NCBI GenBank assembly: GCA_903911145.1
Contig: CAIWCD010000003.1
Span: 126,642-162,581 of the forward strand
Origin: an uncultured delta proteobacterium
GTDB lineage: Bacteria > Myxococcota > Myxococcia > Myxococcales > 40CM-4-68-19
Reading direction: 5' to 3'
Length of the DNA stretch: 35,940 bases
The translations under genes and the position numbers were made by a program. Shown here in pieces: positions 18,577-26,597 of the stretch; within the stretch, counting starts at the first letter, position 1, and each line of letters begins with the position of its first letter. The notes under the pieces were generated by a model. That model was not told the origin of the DNA. It saw only the letters and a program-made list of their open reading frames with translations, and did no database searches.

Positions 18577-18604
18577 TAAATCATGACCACACGGTCATGA
18601 TTTA
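18577..18604. terminator. Perfect 12-bp AT-rich hairpin between convergent genes (possible bidirectional terminator or REP-like element)
   Basis: TAAATCATGACC-acac-GGTCATGATTTA. Confidence 0.55.
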
Positions 18605-18615
18605 TCGAGCGCGCC

Positions 18616-19962
18616 TCACGACTCGAGAGGCGCAGTGACCGCATCAGCCAGCGGCCGCACCTCTGCTTGCATCAGCCAGCGGATGAGCGGCGTGGCGATG
18701 AACGTGCTGGCGATCGCCATGACGACGAGCTTGGTGAACATGCTTCGCGGGAGCACACCGAGTTCGTAGCCGATGTTGATCGCGATCAGCTCCATCAAGG
18801 CGCGCGTGTTCATGCAGACGCCGATGGTCAGCGCGCTGCGCGTCGGCTCGCCCGCCAACTTTGCTCCGAGGAAGGCGCCGCCGAACTTCGTCACGAATGC
18901 GAGCAGACAGACGAGGCCGCAGAGCCACCACTCGTGCGCGTTGTCGAGAGAGCCGATGTCGGTGCGCAGGCCCGTGAAGGCGAAGAAGACGGGAAGGAAG
19001 AGCGTGTTCACCAGCGGAGACGCGCGCCGTTTCCACTCGGAGACGACCTGCCGATCGTCGTGGAGCGCGAGCCCGATGCAGAAGCCGCCGATGATGGCGA
19101 AGACGCCGAGCGTGCTGGTGATGGCCGCGGAGATGAAGAGGACGATGAGGATCAGCGCGATCGCCCCTTCGCGAAGTTCGCGGTGGCGCTCGAGATGCGC
19201 GCGCAGCCAGCGCTTCAGCAGCGGACGCAGCGCAAACGCGACGAGCGCGCCGTAGATGGTGAGGCCGGCGATGCGACCTGCGAGCCAGCTCCACGAGAAC
19301 TGATCGCGGACCACCAGCGCGATCCCGCCGAGGAGGAGCCAGCCGATTACGTCGTCGATCGCGGCCGCGCCGATGGTGAGCGCGGCAGTGCGCGAGTGCG
19401 AAAGCCCCAGCTCCATGAAGATGCGGCCGAGGATGGGGATGGCGGTGATCGACATCGCGATGGCGAAGAAGAGCTGGAAGCCGAGCAGCGGCGGTGGCAG
19501 CGATTCGGTGAGGCGGGCGTGGAACCAGGGCGCCGCGAGATAACCGAGCGAGAACGGCGCGACGAGGCAGAGGATGCTCACGAGCGTGACGGCCTTGCGG
19601 TTCTCACGCAGGCGCGCGCCGAACTCGAACTCAAGGCCGACCTGGAACATCAGCAGCACGAGGCCGATCTGCGCGATGGCGACGAAGGCGGGAGCGGCGA
19701 TGGGATCGAAGATGCGATGCATCAGATTGGGAAAGGCTCGCGACAGGCAGCTGGGGCCGAGGAGAAGCCCGGCAAGAATTTCTCCCGACACCGGCGTCTG
19801 TCCGGTGCGGCGCACGGCGAAGACGACCACGCGCGTGACGAGGAGAATCGCGAGCAGCTGGATGAGCACCTGGAAGACCAGATGCTCCGCGCCCGCGCCC
19901 ACGGCGGACGCGGCAGGTGCTTCGGGCGCAGCGATGAGCGAAAGCAGGATCGAGGCGAGCAT
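18616..19962 (-). CDS. Cation:proton antiporter (CPA2/KefB-like)
   Basis: GQTPVSGEILAGLLLGPS, GLVLLMFQVGLE, MSITAIPILGRI, AAAIDDVIGW, LPVFFAFTGLRTD, MNTRALMELI. 5 bp downstream of the SCO-UnbV gene. Confidence 0.92.
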   Translation of the reverse strand: MLASILLSLIAAPEAPAASAVGAGAEHLVFQVLIQLLAILLVTRVVVFAVRRTGQTPVSGEILAGLLLGPSCLSRAFPNLMHRIFDPIAAPAFVAIAQIGLVLLMFQVGLEFEFGARLRENRKAVTLVSILCLVAPFSLGYLAAPWFHARLTESLPPPLLGFQLFFAIAMSITAIPILGRIFMELGLSHSRTAALTIGAAAIDDVIGWLLLGGIALVVRDQFSWSWLAGRIAGLTIYGALVAFALRPLLKRWLRAHLERHRELREGAIALILIVLFISAAITSTLGVFAIIGGFCIGLALHDDRQVVSEWKRRASPLVNTLFLPVFFAFTGLRTDIGSLDNAHEWWLCGLVCLLAFVTKFGGAFLGAKLAGEPTRSALTIGVCMNTRALMELIAINIGYELGVLPRSMFTKLVVMAIASTFIATPLIRWLMQAEVRPLADAVTAPLES

Positions 19963-19967
19963 CGGTA

Positions 19968-22496
19968 TTACGGCTCCGTAATACGCAGAACTGCGCCAGG
20001 CTTGAACGGGCCGCGCACGACCTGCTCTTTGCCGCTCGGCCAGCGGACCTTGACGGACTCAGCGCTGCTTGCGTCACCGAGCCCGAAGTAGAGCGGAAGA
20101 CTGCTCTGCGCGAGGTATCCCGACTTGCCGTCGTTGAGCTGCACCTGCGTGTGCGCGCCCGACTTCACCGTCACGATGGCTCCGATTCCGTCGCGATTGC
20201 TGCGCGTGCCGACGAGCTTCAGCGAGAGAGAATGGACGGTGTGGCGCTGCGCGAGGTCGCTGATGAAGAGCTGCGGAACGTCGTTGTAGTTGTTGGTCAC
20301 GATGTCGAGATCTCCATCGCCGTCGACATCGAAGATCGCGGCCGACCGCGAAGCGCGCGAGGCCCACGCGGTGACGTGGCCGTGGCGTGGCGTGCGCGGC
20401 TTTGGCTGGTCACCGACCATCACGGGGCTCGGCTCTCCTCTGCAGAGATCCTGCTGCGCGTCAGCACCATCGCACTCGAGTTCGATCCACGGCGTCGAGA
20501 GGCGCGCGCGCGGCTCGATGCCAACGACGTACTCGGCGTCCGCGAATCGCTTGCCGCCTTCGTTGAGCAGCAGTGAATTTCCCAGATAACGGAACGGATA
20601 GTTCATGCCTGACGCGATGAAGAGATCAGGCCAACCATCCGCGTTGAGATCGCCCACGCTCGGTCCCCACGGCCAGCCGTTCTCGACGTTCGCGGCGTCG
20701 GAGTTCTCGACGAACTTTGCGCCACCTTGATTGGTGAAGAGCGCGTTGCCGAGCACGTGGTGGCCGTCGGTGGCGAGGAATCGAGGTGGGAACATCGTCG
20801 CTGGATCGTGCTTCTTCTTCTCGTCGCCCGGCTGCAGCTCGCTCGACATGTCCGTGTGCATGTCGGTGACGAAGAGGTCGAGCTTGCCGTCGCCGTTCCA
20901 GTCGAACACCGACGCGCCCATCGCGCCCCACGGCGTCGAGGGGAAGATCTCGCGAGAGACGCGCGCGAACTTTCCGCCGCCGAGATTGTGCCAGAGCTCG
21001 TCGTGGCCCTGCATCGAGAGGACGTAGAGATCGGGCTTGCCGTCGCCGTCGTAATCGAACGCCACCGCCTCGCCCGACCAGGCCGTGTGCATGAGGCCCG
21101 AGCTCTCGGTGACGTCGGCGAACTTGTTGCCGCCGAGATTTCTGTAGAGGATCGAGCGCTCCGATCGCTCGCTGTGCAGGTGTCCCGCGAAGGCGTCGAG
21201 CACGCCTTCATAGGGGCTGCCCTCGCGCTTCTTCTCGGTGGTGTACTGGCCGACGTTGGTGACGAAGAGATCGAGCAGGCCGTCGCCGTCGAAGTCGAAG
21301 AAGACCGCGCCCGATGAATGTCCGTGCGTTCCCGCGACGCCGGCCTTCGCGGTGATGTCGGTGAAGTGGCCGTGGCCGTCGTTCTCGAAGAGGAGATTTC
21401 CGTCGCGGATGCAGGTGACGAAGAGATCGGGATCGCCGTCGTTGTCGATGTCCGCGAACGACGCGCCGACGCAGGAGCGGTCGCCGATCGCAAGGCCCGC
21501 GCTCTCGGTGATGTCCTCGAATTTTCCGCCGCCGAGATTTCTGTAGAGCGCGCTCTTGCCGATCTGGTTGACGAAGAAGATGTCGGGCAGGCCGTCCCCG
21601 TCGACATCCGCGACTGCGATGGCGGTGCCGTGATCGTAATGGATCGCGCGGTAGTACTTGCCGACGTCGATGCTCGAGGTGTGACGAAACGCGATGCCGC
21701 TCGCGCCGATCTGGTCGGTGAAGGAGAAATCGTGCGCAGCCGCGATCGTGCTCGCGCCCGCCACCTGCGCGGCTTTGCGCGCGGCGAGCCAACTCGGATG
21801 CTCGAGATCAGCAGGCACAAAGAGATCGTTCGGCGGCGGTTCTGCGAGGAGCTTTCCGAGATCGGAAGCGAGATCGGCGCGGCCCTCAGGAGTGAGAGAA
21901 TCGTAGGCGCCGCGAACGCGACCGAGCTGATCGACGAGGAGGAAACTCTGGCTGTGCATCACCGGCATCGCAGGGTCCTGGCCATCGGCAACGGCGAGCT
22001 TGAAGCCCTTCTCGATCAGCGTGCGGACCGCGCTGCGCGTGCCCGAGAGGAATCGCCACTGTTTCGAATCCGCGCCGTGATCCGCCGCGTACTTCGCGAG
22101 CACGCTCGGCGTATCGAACTCGGGATCGACGCTGAAGGAGACGAGCTGGATCGCACTCTGCGCGGGCTGCGCGGCGAGCTGCTTTGCGAGCTCGGCGAAC
22201 TTCGCCGTGATCAGCGGACAGGTCGAACCACAGCGCGCGAAGATGAAGTCGGCGATCCAGATCTTGCCGCGCAGTTCGGTGAGGCCCGTCGATTCGCCGC
22301 GCTCATTCTCGAGGACGAAATCGGGCAGCGTCGCGAGGATTGGCAGAGAGGCCTTTGGCTGCACGAAAGCAGGCGCAGGCGGCGGGTGTGATGCGGCAGG
22401 TGCAGTCGAACCGCGGAGTCCCTGCACGACCAGCGCGCCCGCGGCGAACGCGAGCAGCCCGGCGAGGATCATGATCGTGCGCGCATTCAGCTTCAT
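19968..22496 (-). CDS. SCO (SenC) copper-chaperone domain fused to CRTAC1-like FG-GAP beta-propeller and ASPIC/UnbV domain
   Basis: Start ATG 22496 (AAGGA RBS; overlaps upstream stop). N-terminal TM; SCO motifs WIADFIFARCGSTCP, SVDPEFDTP, MHSQSFLLVD; seven D.[DN].DG..D[LI] repeats; C-terminal NRDGIGA...SGYLAQSS..LYFGLG...VRWPSG. Confidence 0.88.
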   Translation of the reverse strand: MKLNARTIMILAGLLAFAAGALVVQGLRGSTAPAASHPPPAPAFVQPKASLPILATLPDFVLENERGESTGLTELRGKIWIADFIFARCGSTCPLITAKFAELAKQLAAQPAQSAIQLVSFSVDPEFDTPSVLAKYAADHGADSKQWRFLSGTRSAVRTLIEKGFKLAVADGQDPAMPVMHSQSFLLVDQLGRVRGAYDSLTPEGRADLASDLGKLLAEPPPNDLFVPADLEHPSWLAARKAAQVAGASTIAAAHDFSFTDQIGASGIAFRHTSSIDVGKYYRAIHYDHGTAIAVADVDGDGLPDIFFVNQIGKSALYRNLGGGKFEDITESAGLAIGDRSCVGASFADIDNDGDPDLFVTCIRDGNLLFENDGHGHFTDITAKAGVAGTHGHSSGAVFFDFDGDGLLDLFVTNVGQYTTEKKREGSPYEGVLDAFAGHLHSERSERSILYRNLGGNKFADVTESSGLMHTAWSGEAVAFDYDGDGKPDLYVLSMQGHDELWHNLGGGKFARVSREIFPSTPWGAMGASVFDWNGDGKLDLFVTDMHTDMSSELQPGDEKKKHDPATMFPPRFLATDGHHVLGNALFTNQGGAKFVENSDAANVENGWPWGPSVGDLNADGWPDLFIASGMNYPFRYLGNSLLLNEGGKRFADAEYVVGIEPRARLSTPWIELECDGADAQQDLCRGEPSPVMVGDQPKPRTPRHGHVTAWASRASRSAAIFDVDGDGDLDIVTNNYNDVPQLFISDLAQRHTVHSLSLKLVGTRSNRDGIGAIVTVKSGAHTQVQLNDGKSGYLAQSSLPLYFGLGDASSAESVKVRWPSGKEQVVRGPFKPGAVLRITEP

Positions 22497-23047
22497 CGTG
22501 ATTCCTTCTCTCTGTCGTGAACCCACGCCTGAAACGCGGCCGGCTCCTCGATGACGAATCGGCCGCGCGTCTTCTCGGTGTGCGGCAGACCGCACATCTC
22601 GTCGCCGCGGAACTCATAGCTGCCCGAGCGCTCGGCGCGGAATTGGAAACGTCCTGCAACACCGGGCGCCGCGAAATCGCGCAACTGAAGACCGGGCATG
22701 GCGAAGAGGCAGATGAAGTCGCGGCTCTCGAGGGAGAGTTCGACATTCGCGCCGAGCGGCAGATGAACCTCGCGGCCGGTCGCGACTTCGCGGACCGCGC
22801 CTGGCGCGGCCTGGAAGAGATAGGCCGCACTCCACGCGGTGTCCTGCGCTTTGACACTCACCTGCACGACGTCGATCGGGATCTCCTGCGGCGGACGCGC
22901 GCAGCCGGTCGACACGAGCAGCGAAAGCGCGAGCCCACGTCCGCACTGCGCGCGGGAGCGCAGACGATTCGATGCGTCGGTTGGATGAGTCGCGCGCAAG
23001 GCGCGGGAGAGTGAAGCGAGCAGGCAGGGCGCGTCAAATCGGCGCAT
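22493..23047 (-). CDS. Cupredoxin lipoprotein resembling the cytochrome c oxidase subunit II periplasmic domain, with altered CuA ligands
   Basis: C-terminal half of ORF 22493..23593; the rest is antisense to the P450. Lipobox LLVSTGC; VHLPLGANVELSLESRDFICLF.MP.L...D..PG; GSYEFRGDEMCGLPH; F.AW end. Start uncertain (ATG 23047 or TTG 22999). Confidence 0.75.
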   Translation of the reverse strand: MRRFDAPCLLASLSRALRATHPTDASNRLRSRAQCGRGLALSLLVSTGCARPPQEIPIDVVQVSVKAQDTAWSAAYLFQAAPGAVREVATGREVHLPLGANVELSLESRDFICLFAMPGLQLRDFAAPGVAGRFQFRAERSGSYEFRGDEMCGLPHTEKTRGRFVIEEPAAFQAWVHDREKESR

Positions 23048-23095
23048 GCGCGCGGCCGCTCTTGACGCGCGACCGCGTGTGATAGAGGCGGAGCC

Positions 23096-24277
23096 ATGGC
23101 GAGCATCTACACATCGACCCCGTTCAGCCCCGAAGAGATCGCAGCGCTGCAGAAGCCCGATCCGCAAGCCGCCTACGCGGAGATGATGAAGACGTGCCCG
23201 GTGCACCGCGGACCGGACGGGACGATCACGCTGATGCGCATGGAGGATATCGTCGCGGTGGCGCGCAGGCCGGACGTCCTCGGCACCGGTGCGCACGGGC
23301 CGACGATGGGCGGCGCGCGCAAGCTCATCCCGCTCGATCTCGATGGACCCGAGCACATGAAGTATCGGCGGCTGCTCGATCCGCTCTTCTCCGGCAAGCG
23401 GGCCGCCGCGCTCGAGCCGGTCGTGCGCGAGCTGGCGAACGAGCTCATCGACGCGTTCATCGACAAAAAGGAAGCGGACCTCTCGCCCGCGTTCTGCCAG
23501 GCGCTGCCTTCGCAGATCTTCCTGCGCCAGATGGGTCTGCCGGCGAAGGACCTCGCGATGTTCGTGGAGTTCAAGAATGTCATTCTCGGACATCTGCCGC
23601 CGATGCCGCTGCCGGAGCGGATGGCGAAGATCCGGGCCGCGAGCGCGCGCTGCTACGAGTATCTCGGCGCGGCGCTCGACGAGCGGATCGCCCGCCCCAC
23701 CGACGATCTCCTCGGCCAGCTTCTCGTCGCCGAGGTCGACGGCGAGAAGCTCACGCGCGAGCAGATCCTCGACATCGGCTACCTCATGGTGATCGCGGGG
23801 CTCGACACGGTCGTCGCGTCGCTCGCGTGCGCGATCGCGCGCCTGGCCCGCATGCCGGAGCTTCGGCGCCGCCTCACCGCCAATCCCTCACTCTGGGGCG
23901 GCGCGGTCGACGAGTTCTTGCGATTCGAATCTCCCGCGCAGCGCAGCTTCCGCACCGCGACGCAGGATCTCCAGATCGGCGGCGAGACGATCCCCGCAGG
24001 CACGACGTTCTTCATCGCCTGGGCCTCGGCAAACCTCGACGAGACGGCGTTCGAGAATCCGCTCACGTTCAATCCCGAGCGCAAGCCGAACGCGCACGTC
24101 GCATTCGGGAGCGGGTTCCATCGCTGCCTCGGCGTTCAGCTCGCACGCATGGAGCTGCGCGTGGCGCTCGAGGAGCTGCACAAGCGCATCCCCGACTACG
24201 CGTTCAAGCCGGGCCACGAGCTGGCCTTCATCGGGATGCCGCGGACCGTGAACGGGCTGCCGCTTCAGTGGCGGTGA
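23096..24277 (+). CDS. Cytochrome P450
   Basis: LDGPEHMKYRRLL, I-helix AGLDT, EFLR (ExxR), FNPER, heme motif FGSGFHRCLG. Confidence 0.95.
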   Translation: MASIYTSTPFSPEEIAALQKPDPQAAYAEMMKTCPVHRGPDGTITLMRMEDIVAVARRPDVLGTGAHGPTMGGARKLIPLDLDGPEHMKYRRLLDPLFSGKRAAALEPVVRELANELIDAFIDKKEADLSPAFCQALPSQIFLRQMGLPAKDLAMFVEFKNVILGHLPPMPLPERMAKIRAASARCYEYLGAALDERIARPTDDLLGQLLVAEVDGEKLTREQILDIGYLMVIAGLDTVVASLACAIARLARMPELRRRLTANPSLWGGAVDEFLRFESPAQRSFRTATQDLQIGGETIPAGTTFFIAWASANLDETAFENPLTFNPERKPNAHVAFGSGFHRCLGVQLARMELRVALEELHKRIPDYAFKPGHELAFIGMPRTVNGLPLQWR

Positions 24278-24307
24278 ATCCAGATTCACGAAATGAATTT
24301 GGATTCA
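24275..24307. terminator. AT-rich 14-bp hairpin between convergent P450 and eboB
   Basis: TGAATCCAGATTCA-cgaaa-TGAATTTGGATTCA (13/14 Watson-Crick pairs plus one G-T); overlaps the P450 stop codon. Confidence 0.55.
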
Positions 24308-24312
24308 GGCGC

Positions 24313-25197
24313 TCAGCTCTGCACAACAGGCGTCTGCCCGCGTAGCACGGTGCTGCCCTGGAACATCTCGCGCTGGTCGATCTTCGGTGCGACGCCGAAC
24401 TCGGCGACGTCGAAGCGCCCACTCTGCGCGAAGAAGTTCACCGGGTTCTCCCAGAAGAGTTTTACGAGCGTCGCTTCGTCCACGCCATTGTCGCGCATCA
24501 GCGCTGCGGTCTTCGGCACTTTCAGCGGATCGGAGAGGCCCCAGTCGGCCGCGCTGTTGATGAGGATGCGCGCGCTGCCGTACTCACGCACCAGCGCGAA
24601 CATGCGCGCCTCGTCCATCTTGGTGCCCGGATAGATCGAGTGCGCGGCCCAGCAGCCGGTCTTGAGAACGAGCGGCAGCGTGATCTCGTTGTTGTGATCG
24701 ATGAGCGCCATCTCCTCGGGAAATCCAACTTCGCGAATCAGCGCGAGGCTGCGCTCGGTGCCGCGCTTCTTCTCCCGATGCGGCGTGTGGATGAGCGCGG
24801 GCAGGCCGTGCTTCTTCGCCAGCTCGAGCTGCTCGCCGAAGATCTTGTCCTCGACCGGCGTCATGTCGTCGAAGCCGATCTCGCCGACCGCGACGACGCC
24901 GTCCTTCTCGAGATAGCGCGGAAGCAGCTCGAGCACGCCCCGCGCGGTCGCGGCGTTGTTCGCCTCTTTGGGATTGAGCGCGAGCGTGCAGAGGTGGCGG
25001 ATGCCGAACTGGCTGGCGCGAAACCGCTCCCAGCCGAGCAGCGTGAGAAAATAGTCCTCGTGCGTGCCGACGTGCGTGCGCGGCTGGCCTGTCCAGAAGG
25101 CCGGCTCGACGACGGCAGCGACACCGGCCGCAGCCATCGCTTGATAGTCGTCGGTGGTGCGCGACGACATGTGGATGTGCGGATCGAACAGCTTCAT
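24313..25197 (-). CDS. eboB: TatD-family metallohydrolase EboB
   Basis: FDPHIHMSSRTTDDY, EPAFW.GQPRT, ERFRASQFG, LNPKEAN, GEIG, HTPHR.K, DHNNE, NSAADWG.SDPL.VPKT. ATGA overlap with eboA. Confidence 0.92.
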   Translation of the reverse strand: MKLFDPHIHMSSRTTDDYQAMAAAGVAAVVEPAFWTGQPRTHVGTHEDYFLTLLGWERFRASQFGIRHLCTLALNPKEANNAATARGVLELLPRYLEKDGVVAVGEIGFDDMTPVEDKIFGEQLELAKKHGLPALIHTPHREKKRGTERSLALIREVGFPEEMALIDHNNEITLPLVLKTGCWAAHSIYPGTKMDEARMFALVREYGSARILINSAADWGLSDPLKVPKTAALMRDNGVDEATLVKLFWENPVNFFAQSGRFDVAEFGVAPKIDQREMFQGSTVLRGQTPVVQS

Positions 25198-25898
25198 CGA
25201 ATGCTCCTGGCGTGTGCGGCGATGATCTCGATGTCGGTCGGAACGGCGCGGCCCGCGGCGCGGCGCTCGCTCGCGTAGCCCTCAGCCATGCGCAGAAGCT
25301 CAGCGCTCGCGCGCCGCTCGAGTCCGAAAATTCGCGCGACGCTCGTCTGGATGAAGAGCGCCTTCAGGACGAGCTGGTTGAACTCTGCGTCGGAGAAGTG
25401 ATCGGCGGGGAGTGAATTCTCGCAGGCGATGGCGTCGAATATCGTCTGCACGCTGCTGCGGCAGGCCTCGACGCCGATCGAGACGAGGCGCTCCCGATCA
25501 AGCTGCGCCTGGCCCGCATGCACAGCGAGCAGAGGAAGCGCGCGGAGCACGGCCTGCTTTTCGCGATTGGTGCCGCGCTCAAACAACTCGAGCACCAACG
25601 CGTTGCCTGCACCGGGAGCGCGCGAGAGCTCGTTGAGCAAGAGCGCAATGCGGCCCACTTCATCAAGACCGCGCTCGCCGATCGCAAGCCGCGTCGCTGC
25701 ATCGAGCGAGGCCGCGTCGTCGCCGAGAACCAGCGGCGAGGTCCCCAAACGGCGGCCCGCGGACGAGAAGGCGATCGGGAAGTCGGACGCGGAGAGCTGC
25801 GCCAGGAGCCAACTTGCGGCGTCGGGGTTTGCCCGTCCTGCGACCAGCTTCGCCAGCCCGCTGGCCGCTTGAATCAACGTCTCATCACTCGCGCTCAT
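25194..25898 (-). CDS. eboA: EboA family protein
   Basis: DEVGRIALL, G...EKQAVLRALPLL, ACRS....FDAIACEN..PA.HF....FNQLVLKALF, YASERRAAGRAVP; upstream of eboB. Confidence 0.88.
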   Translation of the reverse strand: MSASDETLIQAASGLAKLVAGRANPDAASWLLAQLSASDFPIAFSSAGRRLGTSPLVLGDDAASLDAATRLAIGERGLDEVGRIALLLNELSRAPGAGNALVLELFERGTNREKQAVLRALPLLAVHAGQAQLDRERLVSIGVEACRSSVQTIFDAIACENSLPADHFSDAEFNQLVLKALFIQTSVARIFGLERRASAELLRMAEGYASERRAAGRAVPTDIEIIAAHARSIR

Positions 25899-25940
25899 GG
25901 CGCGGTATCATACTCGCTTCCACCCTGAGGGTTGACCGCG

Positions 25941-26543
25941 ATGAGCACGAAGACGAAATGGATTCTGGCAGGCGTGACGACGGCACTGGTCGTGCTGGCA
26001 ATCATCTTCTGGCCGCGCGAGGCACCTCGCACTGACGATCAAGGGCCCGCGGAGCCCGAGGCCGAGCAGAAGGTCGCCGCGCCCACCGCCGAGAACAAGG
26101 CCGCGTTCGAGCGCGCCATCGCCGATGCGCCGAGCGAAGGTGCCACCGCGATCTCGCCGACGATCGCCGCTGCGGTCGAGCGGCACAAGCAGACCCCGCG
26201 CGTGCTGCCGTATCGGCCCGCGCGCATGCTCGTCTACTCCGAGGATTCGGTCTCGATGAATCCAGCGTTCGACGATCACAACTGGGCGCTGCAGCGCATC
26301 CTCGAGGTCACGGCGGCGGATGTCGGTCAGGCGGTGCGCATCCGCGAACTCTGGCGCGCGCACGAAGATGGTCGGCGCTTCCTCTGGATGCAGGCCCTGG
26401 ACCTCAAGAGCCGCGATCGCATCCTCGACCCCGCGATGCTCGCCAAGCTCGACGGGGCCTTCGAGGCGGACCTGCTCAACAAGGTTCTCAATCCGGATCA
26501 GGCCGTGCGCATCCTCGCCGAGACCGGCCGCGCGCAGCCCTGA
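25941..26543 (+). CDS. Hypothetical membrane-anchored protein
   Basis: ATG 25941 with GAGG upstream; N-terminal TM (WILAGVTTALVVLAIIFW), P/E/A-rich linker, helical C-terminal domain. Confidence 0.7.
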   Translation: MSTKTKWILAGVTTALVVLAIIFWPREAPRTDDQGPAEPEAEQKVAAPTAENKAAFERAIADAPSEGATAISPTIAAAVERHKQTPRVLPYRPARMLVYSEDSVSMNPAFDDHNWALQRILEVTAADVGQAVRIRELWRAHEDGRRFLWMQALDLKSRDRILDPAMLAKLDGAFEADLLNKVLNPDQAVRILAETGRAQP

Positions 26544-26597
26544 CCAATGCGCGAATCTGCGCAGTCACTGGGCGCAGGAATCAATCGACGCGCGTCA

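Noticed and set aside
10540..22391. Long alternative ORFs (10540..11688, 12834..14387, 15227..16873, 15342..16919, 18667..20091, 20603..21820, 21318..22391)
   Set aside because: They fully overlap well-supported genes and have the Arg/Ala-rich composition of shadow ORFs.
16777..22496. Enediyne biosynthetic cluster or respiratory Rnf/Nqr operon
   Set aside because: No PKS, thioesterase or UnbL-like gene, and no other Rnf/Nqr subunits in the window.
22493..23593. A true cytochrome c oxidase subunit II, or a 366-aa protein
   Set aside because: No TM hairpin, incomplete CuA ligands and no subunit I nearby. The N-terminal half of the listed ORF is antisense to the P450.
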